A stretch of 63,053 nt of DNA, filler included, from Stramenopiles sp. TOSAG23-6 (GCA_900128565.1; 49 parts of 49 records of this genome joined end to end with filler, not necessarily neighbours in it); one strand, 5' to 3'. Shown: positions 37,035-50,710, counted from the first letter of the whole stretch. Numbers and translations: made by a program. The notes: generated by a model not told the origin, from the letters alone.

Positions 37035-37588
37035 TTAACTATTATTTTCCCGTCGTATAGCTTCTTGTTTTCGCCTAATGGAAGGTGGTATATATCGATT
37101 ATTTGAAGGTACAGATCGAAGAGATAAAAATTCTTTATTCGCAATTGTGTTAGGCGATGGAATTACATTAGCATCTAAATTTATCATACGATCATTCGCC
37201 AGATGAGTATTTCTTTCCTCATTATTTGATTCACTCATATTTCGTGTGGTCAATTCTTCTGCATTCTTCTGACGGAATGACTGAAATGGTTTTAATAGCA
37301 CAACAATCACCGATACATTATCACCACTACCCATGGCTAAACTTACATCAACAACTCTTGTTGTAGCTTCTTGAACAGTAGATCCTGCAATAAGTTCAGA
37401 GCGTACAATTTCGATTGCTTCTTGTTCATTGAGCACATCCCACAACCCATCGCACGCGAGTAGAAGAAACTCATCAGATGCAGTTATATCTTGATCACAA
37501 GTGGATGGTTCGGAGATCACTAAATCTGCATTAAAATTACCATCAGATGAATCATTTTCTTTTTCTTTTGCTTTATCGCGAATATCCT
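37035..37588 (-). CDS. Protein phosphatase 2C, C-terminus
   Basis: EFLLLACDGLWDV, GSGDNVSVIVV. Confidence 0.9.
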
Positions 37589-37688
37589 NNNNNNNNNNNN
37601 NNNNNNNNNNNNNNNNNNNNNNNNNNNNNNNNTTAATTAATTAANNNNNNNNNNNNNNNNNNNNNNNNNNNNNNNNNNNNNNNNNNNN

Positions 37689-40600
37689 CTTTCCCCCTGT
37701 TGTAATGTTACGTATATTTGTCATAATTGCGGTTCTATGCCATGCAACAGATGTGTTGTCAAGTTCGACTGTAAGAAAATTACCAGTTAAATTGAACTTT
37801 TCAGAGTTTTTTGGTGAAATACAACTTATAAATGACCATGCACCTTCAATAATTTTTAAGGATGAACCTAAGTTCGTTGCTAGTAGCCCAAGAGGAAAGT
37901 CTAATAGAGTTGAAAGAGCAAAGCTAAGTCCAAATGTGTCTTCCATTAAAGTTGTTTGTTTTATTTTTTTTCAAATTCGAATGTTTTTTAGTACGAAATT
38001 TTGTACCTAACAAATTTTAGTTTTTTTTTTTTGAAATATTTTTTTACAATACATGGTGTTCCAATTAGATTATACACACGCAGTGGTCGTGCAAGGCAAG
38101 CATTTGGGAAAGTTGCTGCCTCGATGAATCAAGCAGCTGCAAATAAAGCTAAATTGAAACAAGGTGATATTAGTCAAGTGAAAATGGTAAAGGGGAAGGA
38201 AAGGAAGTTTGCAAAATCAAAGGAATATGCTGAAAATCAAAAAATACAATCTAATTTGACAAATTCATTTGGTAAATCTTTTACAGATAATAAAAATGAT
38301 ACTTTACAAAAGAAAAAAAACAAACCACTACGTAAAGGGAAATCTGCTCGAAAGGCAATGCAAAGAAGCATTGGAAAAAATCCAAGAAAAAATAAAGAAA
38401 ATATATTTTGTACACTTGATCAGAATGATACAAGTAAAGAAAAGAAAAAAAGAAGATTACCAAAGATTTTACTTGATCAGAATGATGTAATTAAAGAAAA
38501 GAAAAAAAGAAGATTACCAAAGATTTTACTTGATCAGAATGATACAAGTAAAGAAAAGAAAAAAAGAAGACTACCAAAGATTTTACTGAGTGGTAATAAT
38601 AAAAAGAGTGGTCGAGGTGCATCATCACAAAAGTGGAGAGGTTCTACAATGTAATAAAGGTAATTTCATATAAATGTAATAAAGGTAATCTTGGCTAAAT
38701 GTAATAAAGATAATTTCATATAAATGTAATAAAGATAATTTCATCTAAANNNNNNNNNNNNNNNNNNNNNNNNNNNNNNNNNNNNNNNNNNNNTTAATTA
38801 ATTAANNNNNNNNNNNNNNNNNNNNNNNNNNNNNNNNNNNNNNNNNNNNCTTTCCCCCTGTTGTAATGTTACGTATATTTGTCATAATTGCGGTTCTATG
38901 CCATGCAACAGATGTGTTGTCAAGTTCGACTGTAAGAAAATTACCAGTTAAATTGAACTTTTCAGAGTTTTTTGGTGAAATACAACTTATAAATGACCAT
39001 GCACCTTCAATAATTTTTAAGGATGAACCTAAGTTCGTTGCTAGTAGCCCAAGAGGAAAGTCTAATAGAGTTGAAAGAGCAAAGCTAAGTCCAAATGTGT
39101 CTTCCATTAAAGTTGTTTGTTTTATTTTTTTTCAAATTCGAATGTTTTTTAGTACGAAATTTTGTACCTAACAAATTTTAGTTTTTTTTTTTTGAAATAT
39201 TTTTTTACAATACATGGTGTTCCAATTAGATTATACACACGCAGTGGTCGTGCAAGGCAAGCATTTGGGAAAGTTGCTGCCTCGATGAATCAAGCAGCTG
39301 CAAATAAAGCTAAATTGAAACAAGGTGATATTAGTCAAGTGAAAATGGTAAAGGGGAAGGAAAGGAAGTTTGCAAAATCAAAGGAATATGCTGAAAATCA
39401 AAAAATACAATCTAATTTGACAAATTCATTTGGTAAATCTTTTACAGATAATAAAAATGATACTTTACAAAAGAAAAAAAACAAACCACTACGTAAAGGG
39501 AAATCTGCTCGAAAGGCAATGCAAAGAAGCATTGGAAAAAATCCAAGAAAAAATAAAGAAAATATATTTTGTACACTTGATCAGAATGATACAAGTAAAG
39601 AAAAGAAAAAAAGAAGATTACCAAAGATTTTACTTGATCAGAATGATGTAATTAAAGAAAAGAAAAAAAGAAGATTACCAAAGATTTTACTTGATCAGAA
39701 TGATACAAGTAAAGAAAAGAAAAAAAGAAGACTACCAAAGATTTTACTGAGTGGTAATAATAAAAAGAGTGGTCGAGGTGCATCATCACAAAAGTGGAGA
39801 GGTTCTACAATGTAATAAAGGTAATTTCATATAAATGTAATAAAGGTAATCTTGGCTAAATGTAATAAAGATAATTTCATATAAATGTAATAAAGATAAT
39901 TTCATCTAAANNNNNNNNNNNNNNNNNNNNNNNNNNNNNNNNNNNNNNNNNNNNTTAATTAATTAANNNNNNNNNNNNNNNNNNNNNNNNNNNNNNNNNN
40001 NNNNNNNNNNCTTTCCCCCTGTTGTAATGTTACGTATATTTGTCATAATTGCGGTTCTATGCCATGCAACAGATGTGTTGTCAAGTTCGACTGTAAGAAA
40101 ATTACCAGTTAAATTGAACTTTTCAGAGTTTTTTGGTGAAATACAACTTATAAATGACCATGCACCTTCAATAATTTTTAAGGATGAACCTAAGTTCGTT
40201 GCTAGTAGCCCAAGAGGAAAGTCTAATAGAGTTGAAAGAGCAAAGCTAAGTCCAAATGTGTCTTCCATTAAAGTTGTTTGTTTTATTTTTTTTCAAATTC
40301 GAATGTTTTTTAGTACGAAATTTTGTACCTAACAAATTTTAGTTTTTTTTTTTTGAAATATTTTTTTACAATACATGGTGTTCCAATTAGATTATACACA
40401 CGCAGTGGTCGTGCAAGGCAAGCATTTGGGAAAGTTGCTGCCTCGATGAATCAAGCAGCTGCAAATAAAGCTAAATTGAAACAAGGTGATATTAGTCAAG
40501 TGAAAATGGTAAAGGGGAAGGAAAGGAAGTTTGCAAAATCAAAGGAATATGCTGAAAATCAAAAAATACAATCTAATTTGACAAATTCATTTGGTAAATC

Positions 40601-41071
40601 TTTTACAGATAATAAAAATGATACTTTACAAAAGAAAAAAAACAAACCACTACGTAAAGGGAAATCTGCTCGAAAGGCAATGCAAAGAAGCATTGGAAAA
40701 AATCCAAGAAAAAATAAAGAAAATATATTTTGTACACTTGATCAGAATGATACAAGTAAAGAAAAGAAAAAAAGAAGATTACCAAAGATTTTACTTGATC
40801 AGAATGATGTAATTAAAGAAAAGAAAAAAAGAAGATTACCAAAGATTTTACTTGATCAGAATGATACAAGTAAAGAAAAGAAAAAAAGAAGACTACCAAA
40901 GATTTTACTGAGTGGTAATAATAAAAAGAGTGGTCGAGGTGCATCATCACAAAAGTGGAGAGGTTCTACAATGTAATAAAGGTAATTTCATATAAATGTA
41001 ATAAAGGTAATCTTGGCTAAATGTAATAAAGATAATTTCATATAAATGTAATAAAGATAATTTCATCTAAA
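37689..41071 (+). repeat. Three identical 1061-nt contigs (37689-38749, 38850-39910, 40011-41071)
   Basis: Identical sequence and ends, separated by spacers. Confidence 0.97.
37705..38654 (+). CDS. Secreted basic hypothetical protein with 3x20-aa repeats; element intron 37954-38054
   Basis: Signal peptide; frame restored by GTT|GTTTGT..ACAATACAT|GGT. Confidence 0.6.
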
Positions 41072-41223
41072 NNNNNNNNNNNNNNNNNNNNNNNNNNNNN
41101 NNNNNNNNNNNNNNNTTAATTAATTAANNNNNNNNNNNNNNNNNNNNNNNNNNNNNNNNNNNNNNNNNNNNTACGAAATTTTGTACCTAACAAATTTCGA
41201 ATTTAATTTTTTTTACAATACAT

Positions 41224-42149
41224 GCATATTGGAAATGTACCTTCAACAATTGGAGAAGAAAATTTGCGTGAACAATTTGCAAAGTATGGTCGAATTGATG
41301 CTTTAAAATTAGTTCTTCAGAAAGACCGACGTTATGCGTTTGTGACTTTTCATACTGCGGAAGAAGCTGAAATTGCAAAACATGAGCTTAGTAAGCTTCC
41401 CATGTGGCGCTTGAACATTAGTTATTCTAAGAGAGAAACGATTGCTGTTGCAACAAGGGCAGATAGACTTGCTTTAAATGCGGCAATGCAACACCAGCAC
41501 CAAAGTTTTTTTCAACAAAGACAGACAGAAAATAATAAATTTGGAACGGATAATAAAACGCAGCGAAATATTTATAATTCAACAAAAGATTTGTCTATGG
41601 TCGTAAATTCAGTAAATGACATTCGTGATGCACCAACAGGCCGCCGTCATATCGCTCCTTCTCGTAGTCTTTGGATCGGAAATCTGCAGAGCTGTACAAA
41701 AAAAACAAATATATGAGGCTTGTTCTGCGTATGGTGATATAAATGATATAAATTTTCTTCGTCTCAGGAAATGCGCATTTGTGGATTTTAAAGAGATTGA
41801 CAGTTCGATTTCAGCTTTTAATGGAATGCAAGGTACAAAAATTGGCGAATCTAAAATTTATCTTGGATATGGACGTCCTAGAACTGATCGAGAAAAACAA
41901 AAATACAAAAAAGGGGGAAATATTTTACATCGAACAAAAAGTGAACAATCAGACCACAATGAAAATATTGGAGCAAATGATACAAATGTACATTTTCAAA
42001 ATTAAATTTTTTACCAAATTTTTTTTTTATAAAAATTTCGTACCTAACAAAAAAAATGTTTAAAATATTTTTTCACAATACATGATAATAATGAATGGAA
42101 TGTTGTTGTGAATAGAAAATCTCGTAGCAAAAGTTTGGATAGTACTCAT
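41224..42149 (+). CDS. RRM protein, partial; element intron 41988-42083 (GT-AT)
   Basis: HIGNV..RRYAFVTF; SRSLWIGNL..KCAFVDF; homopolymer frameshift near 41700. Confidence 0.85.
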
Positions 42150-42332
42150 GTATGTTTTATTTTTTTTCAAATTCGATTTTTTTTTTTCGTACGAAATTTT
42201 GTACCTAACGATTTTTTTTTGAAATATTTTTTNNNNNNNNNNNNNNNNNNNNNNNNNNNNNNNNNNNNNNNNNNNNTTAATTAATTAANNNNNNNNNNNN
42301 NNNNNNNNNNNNNNNNNNNNNNNNNNNNNNNN

Positions 42333-43392
42333 CCGGATTTACTGGTGCAACGAAAGCAAATAATCTACAGATTGAAAATGGATCCGATGCGTTGAAATTT
42401 GATCCACAAAACTCTTCTTGGAATAAAGAAAAACAAGAAATGAAAGTAGCTTTTGATTCGGATGAGGCAGAAAACAAATCAATTAGTGTGACCATTGCAC
42501 AGAGTAACGGTATTATGACTCCTGCTACTGGTACTGATAATACTACAACTCAAATAAAACTCGGTCTCTATGGTGAAAATACTTCTGGAAGTCTCACTGT
42601 TATTCCAAAAAAAATAACGTTTAATAATATCGCTCCTTCCGGTACCTTTTCCTCTTTGAGTATTCGATATACAAATCCGACGAATGTCACTCCAATAGTG
42701 TTGAAATATACATATTCCCATGATTTAAACCCAGGAGACTCGATTACATTGAATGTAAACAATTTCACTCGTACTCCTAACTCTTCTATAAATAATCTTG
42801 CTTTAAGTTCCACTGATTATACTGGTTCTTGGGATCATGTTAGCGAGAAAATTGTCCTTACTGTCAAGGCAGGGAAACAGTTTGTGAAGAATATGGAACA
42901 TACTGTAACCATTATGGAATCAAATGGATTATCGACACCTCCAAGTGGTCTCTCTAAAACAGATGTTCGTGTGAATGTCACTGGTTCCACATCGAGATCA
43001 GTGCCTCCAGATTTGGTTATTAATGATTCTCAGGCTGTTGTGATTCACACAGTTTCAAATGCGAGTATTGCATTTACACCATCAGAAGCACAGAAAGTCC
43101 CTGAAATGATTGTTACATTTACATCCTCAAAAGATTTGATAGCAGGTGATGTAATTGTACTTACACTTCCTGGTTGCACTGGACTTGTTTCGGAAGATAT
43201 CCCAAGTACAGGTAACATCGGTGCGAAATGGACAAGTAGTGGTTCAAAAATAACTCTTACACTGAATAATGGTGCAAGTTTTATTAAAAATACTGCACAT
43301 AGTATTAAATTGACTCCAACTCATCTTACATTGCCGAATAAGCGTATTCCTGCTTGTTCATCTGAAGCATGTGAATTTAAACTTAGTATTAC
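42333..43392 (+). CDS. Large beta-rich repetitive surface protein, fragment
   Basis: Repeating L..GD.I.L modules, intronless ORF. Confidence 0.6.
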
Positions 43393-43492
43393 NNNNNNNN
43401 NNNNNNNNNNNNNNNNNNNNNNNNNNNNNNNNNNNNTTAATTAATTAANNNNNNNNNNNNNNNNNNNNNNNNNNNNNNNNNNNNNNNNNNNN

Positions 43493-43867
43493 TTTTAAGA
43501 TCTGCTGCCGCAAGTTACTCAGAAACTCAATATTACTTCGTTTTGTTTCTATCTGAACTTTTTCGTCCATTTCCCGTTCCATGTTTTGAATTTTCATCTT
43601 GAGTGCTTTCTTCTCCTTCTCCAGCATCCAAATTTTATTGGACAACTTCTTTTTGTCGTCACAGCACCCCTCGCCTGGTTTCTTCTTTATGGACGAGTCG
43701 CATTTCGGTGTTTTTGGAGTCCCTCTTGACTTTTTCCCCGATCCTTTTCTAGATTTCTTCTTCTTCCGAGGAGTAGTGTATGTTTGGTATTCCGACGATG
43801 GGGACATGGCAATGCAGCTTTTTGCTCTAGGAGAAGGTCGCCTAGATGGCCAATTCTGGTACTCCAT
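43493..43867 (-). CDS. Basic coiled-coil hypothetical protein N-terminus
   Basis: ORF only. Confidence 0.4.
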
Positions 43868-44651
43868 GATAATCAGAGATTCTATAGGATTATGTTGACA
43901 CGATAGACGCCTAGGCAATGCTTTTACTAATCTAGTCTAGTAGCAACATGTTTGTTCATTGTGGAAAAGAGCACCGGAAGATTTGGTAAAATTGTTAACA
44001 AACAATATCGCTTCGTATTTCAAATTAAATTAGCGAAGAAGGAGAGAGACAGAGAAGAAGAAAAGAAGAAGAAGAGAAGAAGAAGAAGAAGAAAAGATTT
44101 TCTCATGTTTTTGTTGTTTATTATTCTTATACAAAATTTCTTCGACGTTATTCTTTTTTATTTTTACCCCTATGCTGTGCAATCTAACAAAATAATAACG
44201 ATTTTCTGGACAATGTCAGTTGAGTGAGATGAGAGAAGAGAGAGCAAAAGAGTGTGAGAATGAGAAACAATTTTTTATTAATATTAACAATATACTCCTT
44301 AAAATATCATTAATCTCCTTAAATAATTGGTGGTTTCTATAATTTCCCAGTCCGATCAATTGGCATTTTTATGTGGAACTATTTTTTTTTGTCATTCATT
44401 GGTAGTACACTCTGTTTTTCTCTCGTTGTTTTACTTCAAATCGTCCTGCAGAGGATGGTTCTCTATCCGGTCGAAGTAGTCCAAAGCGTTTTCGATGGCC
44501 CTGTCCATATTGAAATATTTGTATGACGCCAATCGGCCGACAAAGTACACCNNNNNNNNNNNNNNNNNNNNNNNNNNNNNNNNNNNNNNNNNNNNTTAAT
44601 TAATTAANNNNNNNNNNNNNNNNNNNNNNNNNNNNNNNNNNNNNNNNNNNN

Positions 44652-45629
44652 AGAGTAACGATTTGCTTGCAGATTGGTGGTCGCCGTGGCCTAAACTTGC
44701 TGCCGAGATTCGACAGACATACGGCATTGAAGAGCCTATCGATGAATTTGATGCCATGAAGGTTCTTGATGAATGCGTCGTTGTTAATCCTAATAATCAT
44801 CACAACTATATGTATTCTTTTAATTTCCGTGCCGCAGCAGCAACTAAATCAATGATGCTCAAGTGGGGACTTCTTGCAAGTGAGATATTTCATGACCTGG
44901 TATCAGTTGAGGCTCTTAGAAATCTGGTTCCTGATGATGTTAATGTTACCCGAAATGGAGTTAATCATTGGCTGAGTGCAAAAGATACCCACCAACCCGC
45001 CATTGCAGGATTACAGAATAGTATAATTTGTTGGGCAAAGTTAAAGAAAGCTGAGATATCAACAAGTAATCGGTTTAAGGCGTACGCTCGACAAACTGCT
45101 GTGACGAAATCGGAACTTCATGCCGCAGTAACTTATGGATTTGGTTCATCTGCTGGATCACTTTTTAATTTATTAACTATTGATAGAGCTATACGATACA
45201 ACTGTCATAAACCTCGTCAAAATTTACCCGCACTAGATGCATCGAATCAACGTTTGCTTCAAATGTTGGATAAAAGTAAGTTTATTCGTGGTACAGGTTT
45301 TGGTTGTCTTGGCGTAGGTCCCAGTGCAGGTAAATCAGTCTTATCGAATAATGGTGCGCATGCCAATGAAGATGTAAACAAAAGAAAGCGTTCAAGAGCT
45401 TCAACTTCAACTCCTCTTAGAAGTGATAATTCTAGGAAGAAGACTTCCAATTCGAATACACCGAAGTCTAGGAAAGATTCGAAGCGTCGTAAATTAAGTG
45501 GTGGTGGTGATTCCAATGTCAAGAATGTCGTTGTTGAAAAAAATGATATTGTTGATGAAGGTAATGATACACAGTGGGTTCCTGTACCTCCAGGAGGTTG
45601 GGGCGAATCAACTGGTGACCAGACATTAT
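44652..45629 (+). CDS. Hypothetical protein exon ending at an element donor (45630)
   Basis: Long ORF terminating in AT|GTATGTTTT. Confidence 0.6.
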
Positions 45630-45866
45630 GTATGTTTTATTTTTTTTTCAAATTCAATTTTTTTTTCGTACGAAATTTTGTACCTAACAAATTTAAGTTT
45701 TTTTTTTTTGNNNNNNNNNNNNNNNNNNNNNNNNNNNNNNNNNNNNNNNNNNNNTTAATTAATTAANNNNNNNNNNNNNNNNNNNNNNNNNNNNNNNNNN
45801 NNNNNNNNNNGGTACAAAATTTCGTACGAAAAAAATAAATTCGAAATTGAAAAAAAAATAAAACAC

Positions 45867-46756
45867 TTCACGGAACTAGTTTTGCCTTCATTTTTTGTAG
45901 TTTTTCTTTTATATTCTCTTTTTTTGTCTTTTTTGCATTCCTCTTCGCTGCAATTTTTTGATCCGCAGAGAAACAATAATGAGTGCCATAAATGTTTCTT
46001 GCTTGGAGTTTGTATGGAGCTTCACCGTGTCGATGCGATAGTATAGAACCCTTTACTAGCACAAGTTCCTTCAATTGTTCTCCATCTTTATGTATTTTGG
46101 AAAAATATTTCAAAAAAAATTCGTTAGGTACAAAATTGCGTACGAAAAATAAATTCGAAATTGAAAAAAAATAAAACATACATGAATTGTATTCCATGTC
46201 CTGCATAAACCTCTACTGAAGCTTCTACGGTATTTTGAATATTTTTTCCTCATAATATTTGAATGAAACTTTTTCCATTCCTTGTCCATGTATTTTGAAA
46301 AAATATTAAAATTTTTTTTTGTTAGGTATAAAATTTCGTATGAAAAAAAAAACTTGGAATTTGAAAAAAAATAAAACATCCATGTTTGAATAATCTGGAG
46401 GTAGTCGACTCAAATCATCTAAAGTTCGATGCCAATCATAAGAAAAATCATCGGTGTTGGAAACTGTAACATGTATTTTGGAAAAATATTTCGAAAAAAA
46501 AATCGTTAGGTACAAAATTACGTATGAAAAATAAATTCAAAATTGAAAAAAAAATAAAAAATCGTTAGGTACAAAATTTCGTACGAAAATAAATTCAAAA
46601 TTGAAAAAAAAATAAAACATACATTCCATCTTAGTTTTTCTTCCTCATTGGCTAAAATAATAGGTGAAATTTCCATAAAACTATTATCATTATTATTAAA
46701 AGTCAACTCAATTTCTGTACCATTTCTCAGCATTCCAACAACAGTAAGCCAAATCC
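45867..46756 (-). CDS. HTTM/gamma-carboxylase-like protein C-terminal region, 4 exons
   Basis: WIWLTVVGMLRNGTEIEL..MDKEWKKF..LCRTWNTIH after element removal. Confidence 0.55.
46090..46181 (-). mobile_element. Element intron, GT-AT, 92 nt (near consensus)
   Basis: CAT|GTATGT..CCAAAATACAT|AAA. Confidence 0.8.
46288..46381 (-). mobile_element. Element intron with GG donor (GG-AT)
   Basis: AT|GGATGTTTT..CAAAATACAT|G. Confidence 0.65.
46471..46622 (-). mobile_element. Element intron with ~59-nt internal tandem duplication, GT-AT
   Basis: AAT|GTATGT..two cores..AATACAT|GTT. Confidence 0.8.
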
Positions 46757-46867
46757 AAGTATTGTGAAAAAATATTTCAAAAAAAAAAAACTAAAATTTG
46801 TTAGGTACAACATTTCGTACGAAAAAAAAATTCGATTTTTTTGTTTAAAAAAAAAAATAAAACATAC
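46757..46867 (-). mobile_element. Element intron ending in TT
   Basis: AT|GTATGT..CACAATACTT|GG ATT. Confidence 0.65.
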
Positions 46868-46969
46868 ATNNNNNNNNNNNNNNNNNNNNNNNNNNNNNNN
46901 NNNNNNNNNNNNNTTAATTAATTAANNNNNNNNNNNNNNNNNNNNNNNNNNNNNNNNNNNNNNNNNNNN

Positions 46970-48028
46970 CTTAATCGTCTACTTCAGGCTTATTTGTCTT
47001 CTATGTCATGGTCTCCAGCTGCTCCACCGAATTGGGGGACTTCTGCTCAAATTCCAAACAATAATCCATGGGGAGCTTCTAGCACACTAGGTAATACCAT
47101 CCCATCACTCAGGTCATGTTCACCGACTACGTCATCAGGGAAATCGAATGAAACTAATCCAGTGAATGATTCAGGGAAAGTATCGATGGAATCTTCATTT
47201 GACGGATCGTTTCTGTCAAATTTGGTGATGGACGAAACCTCTTTAGGTCGTGCACGGTCTCTTCACAATAGTTGGGGTGTGCCAGCACCAACAGCTGAAA
47301 AAACAGGACTTTACTTGACGACACCACCAGACATTAAACCTACTGACAGATCTTACGACAAATCAACGTTTAATTATCCTCCAAAATCTTCCTCGACTCA
47401 GTTTAGATACTGACGTGTGTAATGGCACTGCTAGTAGTTCTAGTATTAGTCCTTGTGCAGTGAATACAAATCCTGCACTTGGAAATGATTTAGGCAGTGG
47501 AGGTAAAAGTCGTATTTTATCTGGATATACTGGAGTAAATGATATAATATCGAGCAATACAGAGCAACAACAACAACAACAACAGCAACTAATGAGTTCA
47601 ATGCCACAGCAGCAACAGCAACAACAACTATATCCAATACAAAAGAGAATGGAGCAAACTGCACATCAACCAAGTTCGACGTCTTTCATATCATATCAAA
47701 ATCAGCAACAAAATAATAATATTTTGACGAATAATATGTGTGGTGTTGGAGTTGATCCAAAGATTAATAATAATAATATTTCACAATTACCACACCCTTC
47801 ATGTTTTCCTTCTGGAAATTCATTAAATAATCTAAATAATCTAAATAATCTAAATAATCCAAATAATCCAAATAATCTAAATAATCTAAATAATCCAAAT
47901 AATCTAAATAATCCAAATAATCCAAATAATCCAAATAATCTAAATAATCTAAATAATCTAAATAATCTAAATAATCTAAATATGTCTTTGCATATGCCAC
48001 CACACATGGCAAACCCTAATCCTAACCC
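46970..48028 (+). CDS. Low-complexity S/Q/N-rich protein; 9-nt tandem repeat 47827-47980
   Basis: AATAATC(T/C)A repeats encoding NNL/NNP. Confidence 0.55.
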
Positions 48029-49287
48029 NNNNNNNNNNNNNNNNNNNNNNNNNNNNNNNNNNNNNNNNNNNNTTAATTAATTAANNNNNNNNNNNNNNNN
48101 NNNNNNNNNNNNNNNNNNNNNNNNNNNNCAACAGGTTTGTTCCAATTAATAAAGCCAGTGATTTTTGTTTTTTGCGCTCGTGGTGTGTCTTCTTCGTCTT
48201 TTTGTTTTTCGTTTTCGCATTGCTTGCTCCAACAAAACCTAAACAAGATGGTACGTTGTCATTATCTATGAATGAATTTCAGAATGGATAAGTGTATAGT
48301 GTGTTTGTGTGTGTTATTTGATTGATTGGCTATAGAGTAATTGTTTGATTGTACAACTCTACCGTTTTTAATGGTACACATGAAACTGGTTAATTATTCT
48401 ATTTTTCAGTCATGTCAACAAACACTACAACACACAAATTGCCTTATCTTTTCTCATCGTCGGACACTACCTATACTTCTATATGTATGACTACTGCGAG
48501 TTGTTACATTTTTGTATACAGCGTTGTATAGCAGTATCTTGTATAAATAGTTATATGATGTAGTCTATAAGAAAAATACATATATATACAAGCGCGCATT
48601 CTATCCTACATTGGACTACAACGCTCTTTTGTTTACGATGTTTTGTCTACTGTATCAGTATTATACTGTATACTTACATAGAAAAATGTGTATTCAAAAT
48701 TGCATGTATGCGAATTATATAGTATTTATTATGCTTTTGGTGTTTCGNNNNNNNNNNNNNNNNNNNNNNNNNNNATATGATGAAAAAGTGTCAAGGTGGT
48801 GCAGATTTCAGAGAATATTTCTAGTCTCTGCTCCACCAAGTTTACTTTACTATTCTATATCTAGCGTGATATAGCGTTCACCACTTCATTTCTTTCTGCA
48901 GTATACTACAATCTATGTATATACTATGGGCTTTTCAGCGAGTGACTATTTCATTTCATGGAAACGTTGCGTTTTAGCTAAAAGTTTTGTCTAGAAAGAA
49001 GAATTGAAGAAACGCAAATGTAACAATATTTCTCTATTTTAGTCTTTTACACATTAGGATGAATATATTCGTTGCACTATATCTTTTATTTGAAACTATA
49101 TTCAAAGATTGATGTTTTGTACAGTGTATATCCTGTTGTTTATGAAGATTTTCAATTTTTTTATACGTGTTTTTTTGCGTCCCTTCANNNNNNNNNNNNN
49201 NNNNNNNNNNNNNNNNNNNNNNNNNNNNNNNTTAATTAATTAANNNNNNNNNNNNNNNNNNNNNNNNNNNNNNNNNNNNNNNNNNNN

Positions 49288-49739
49288 TTTGTACCTAACA
49301 ATTTTTTTAGATTTTTTTTGAAATATTTTTCCAAAATACATGTCAAATATACACAGAGGCAACTGTCTCGGATGCAAAGACAGTTCATTTATCATCATCA
49401 AACATTTACATATGTCCCTATGGAAATATTTGCGATCCAAAATTTGGTCTTAAAGGATGTATATTTTTATCATTCATTTTTTTTTTTTCAAATTAGGTAT
49501 AAAATTTTGTACGATTTTTTTTTTTTTTTTTTTTTTACAATGAAAATTGTATACCTAACAAATTTCAAATTTTTGAAATATTTTTTAACAATATAAATCC
49601 TAATCGATATGATAATTGCAAGTGTTCTAAAGCAGAGGGTGGATTTGGAAATACAGAAAAATATGACTGTTCGATAGGTTTTTATTGTTATGCAAATGGA
49701 AAATGCAGTGAATTTGTACATTTTCAAAATTGAATTGTT

Positions 49740-49786
<47 letters not shown>

Positions 49787-49846
49787 TTTTTTCCCAAAAA
49801 ATTTTTTTTTTTTTTTAAAAAAAAAAAAAAATTTTTTGGGAAAAAA

Positions 49847-49893
<47 letters not shown>

Positions 49894-50345
49894 AACAATT
49901 CAATTTTGAAAATGTACAAATTCACTGCATTTTCCATTTGCATAACAATAAAAACCTATCGAACAGTCATATTTTTCTGTATTTCCAAATCCACCCTCTG
50001 CTTTAGAACACTTGCAATTATCATATCGATTAGGATTTATATTGTTAAAAAATATTTCAAAAATTTGAAATTTGTTAGGTATACAATTTTCATTGTAAAA
50101 AAAAAAAAAAAAAAAAAATCGTACAAAATTTTATACCTAATTTGAAAAAAAAAAAATGAATGATAAAAATATACATCCTTTAAGACCAAATTTTGGATCG
50201 CAAATATTTCCATAGGGACATATGTAAATGTTTGATGATGATAAATGAACTGTCTTTGCATCCGAGACAGTTGCCTCTGTGTATATTTGACATGTATTTT
50301 GGAAAAATATTTCAAAAAAAATCTAAAAAAATTGTTAGGTACAAA
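49288..50345. repeat. Perfect whole-contig palindrome centred at ~49816/49817, containing element copies
   Basis: Arms are exact reverse complements. Confidence 0.95.
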
Positions 50346-50710
50346 NNNNNNNNNNNNNNNNNNNNNNNNNNNNNNNNNNNNNNNNNNNNTTAATTAATTA
50401 ANNNNNNNNNNNNNNNNNNNNNNNNNNNNNNNNNNNNNNNNNNNNCTTTTTCTTGAAACCATTGGAATGTTCTCATACTAGAGTAGCAAGACAAGAAGCA
50501 ATACTATAGGCTACATAACACCAACAACTTTTGTTCGTTGTGTTGAGCTGTGACTGGTTCGGACTTCGGAAGTTCGGAACCTTTGTCAACATGATACCCG
50601 GTACTAAAATTAATCGAGTCAGCTCAATGCGCAATCGCGCGCGAATTTTATTGTTTTTTTGTGTGTCGTCTTTTTTTTTGATAACAACAAACAAACGAAA
50701 CATTTCTGCC

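Noticed and set aside
37689-41071. Apparent tandem gene triplication
   Set aside because: The same contig is listed three times with identical ends; this is assembly redundancy.
5262-47415. Recurrent single frameshifts (5262, ~13988, ~15878, ~18645, ~28688, ~32207, ~41700, ~47413) as programmed frameshifting or an alternative genetic code
   Set aside because: They occur in both directions, share no motif, and several lie in homopolymers; best explained as low-coverage indel errors. TAA, TGA and TAG appear to end genes normally.
49288-50345. Giant palindrome or hairpin telomere
   Set aside because: Perfect spacerless fold-back centred in a poly-T/A tract, typical of an MDA or assembly chimera.
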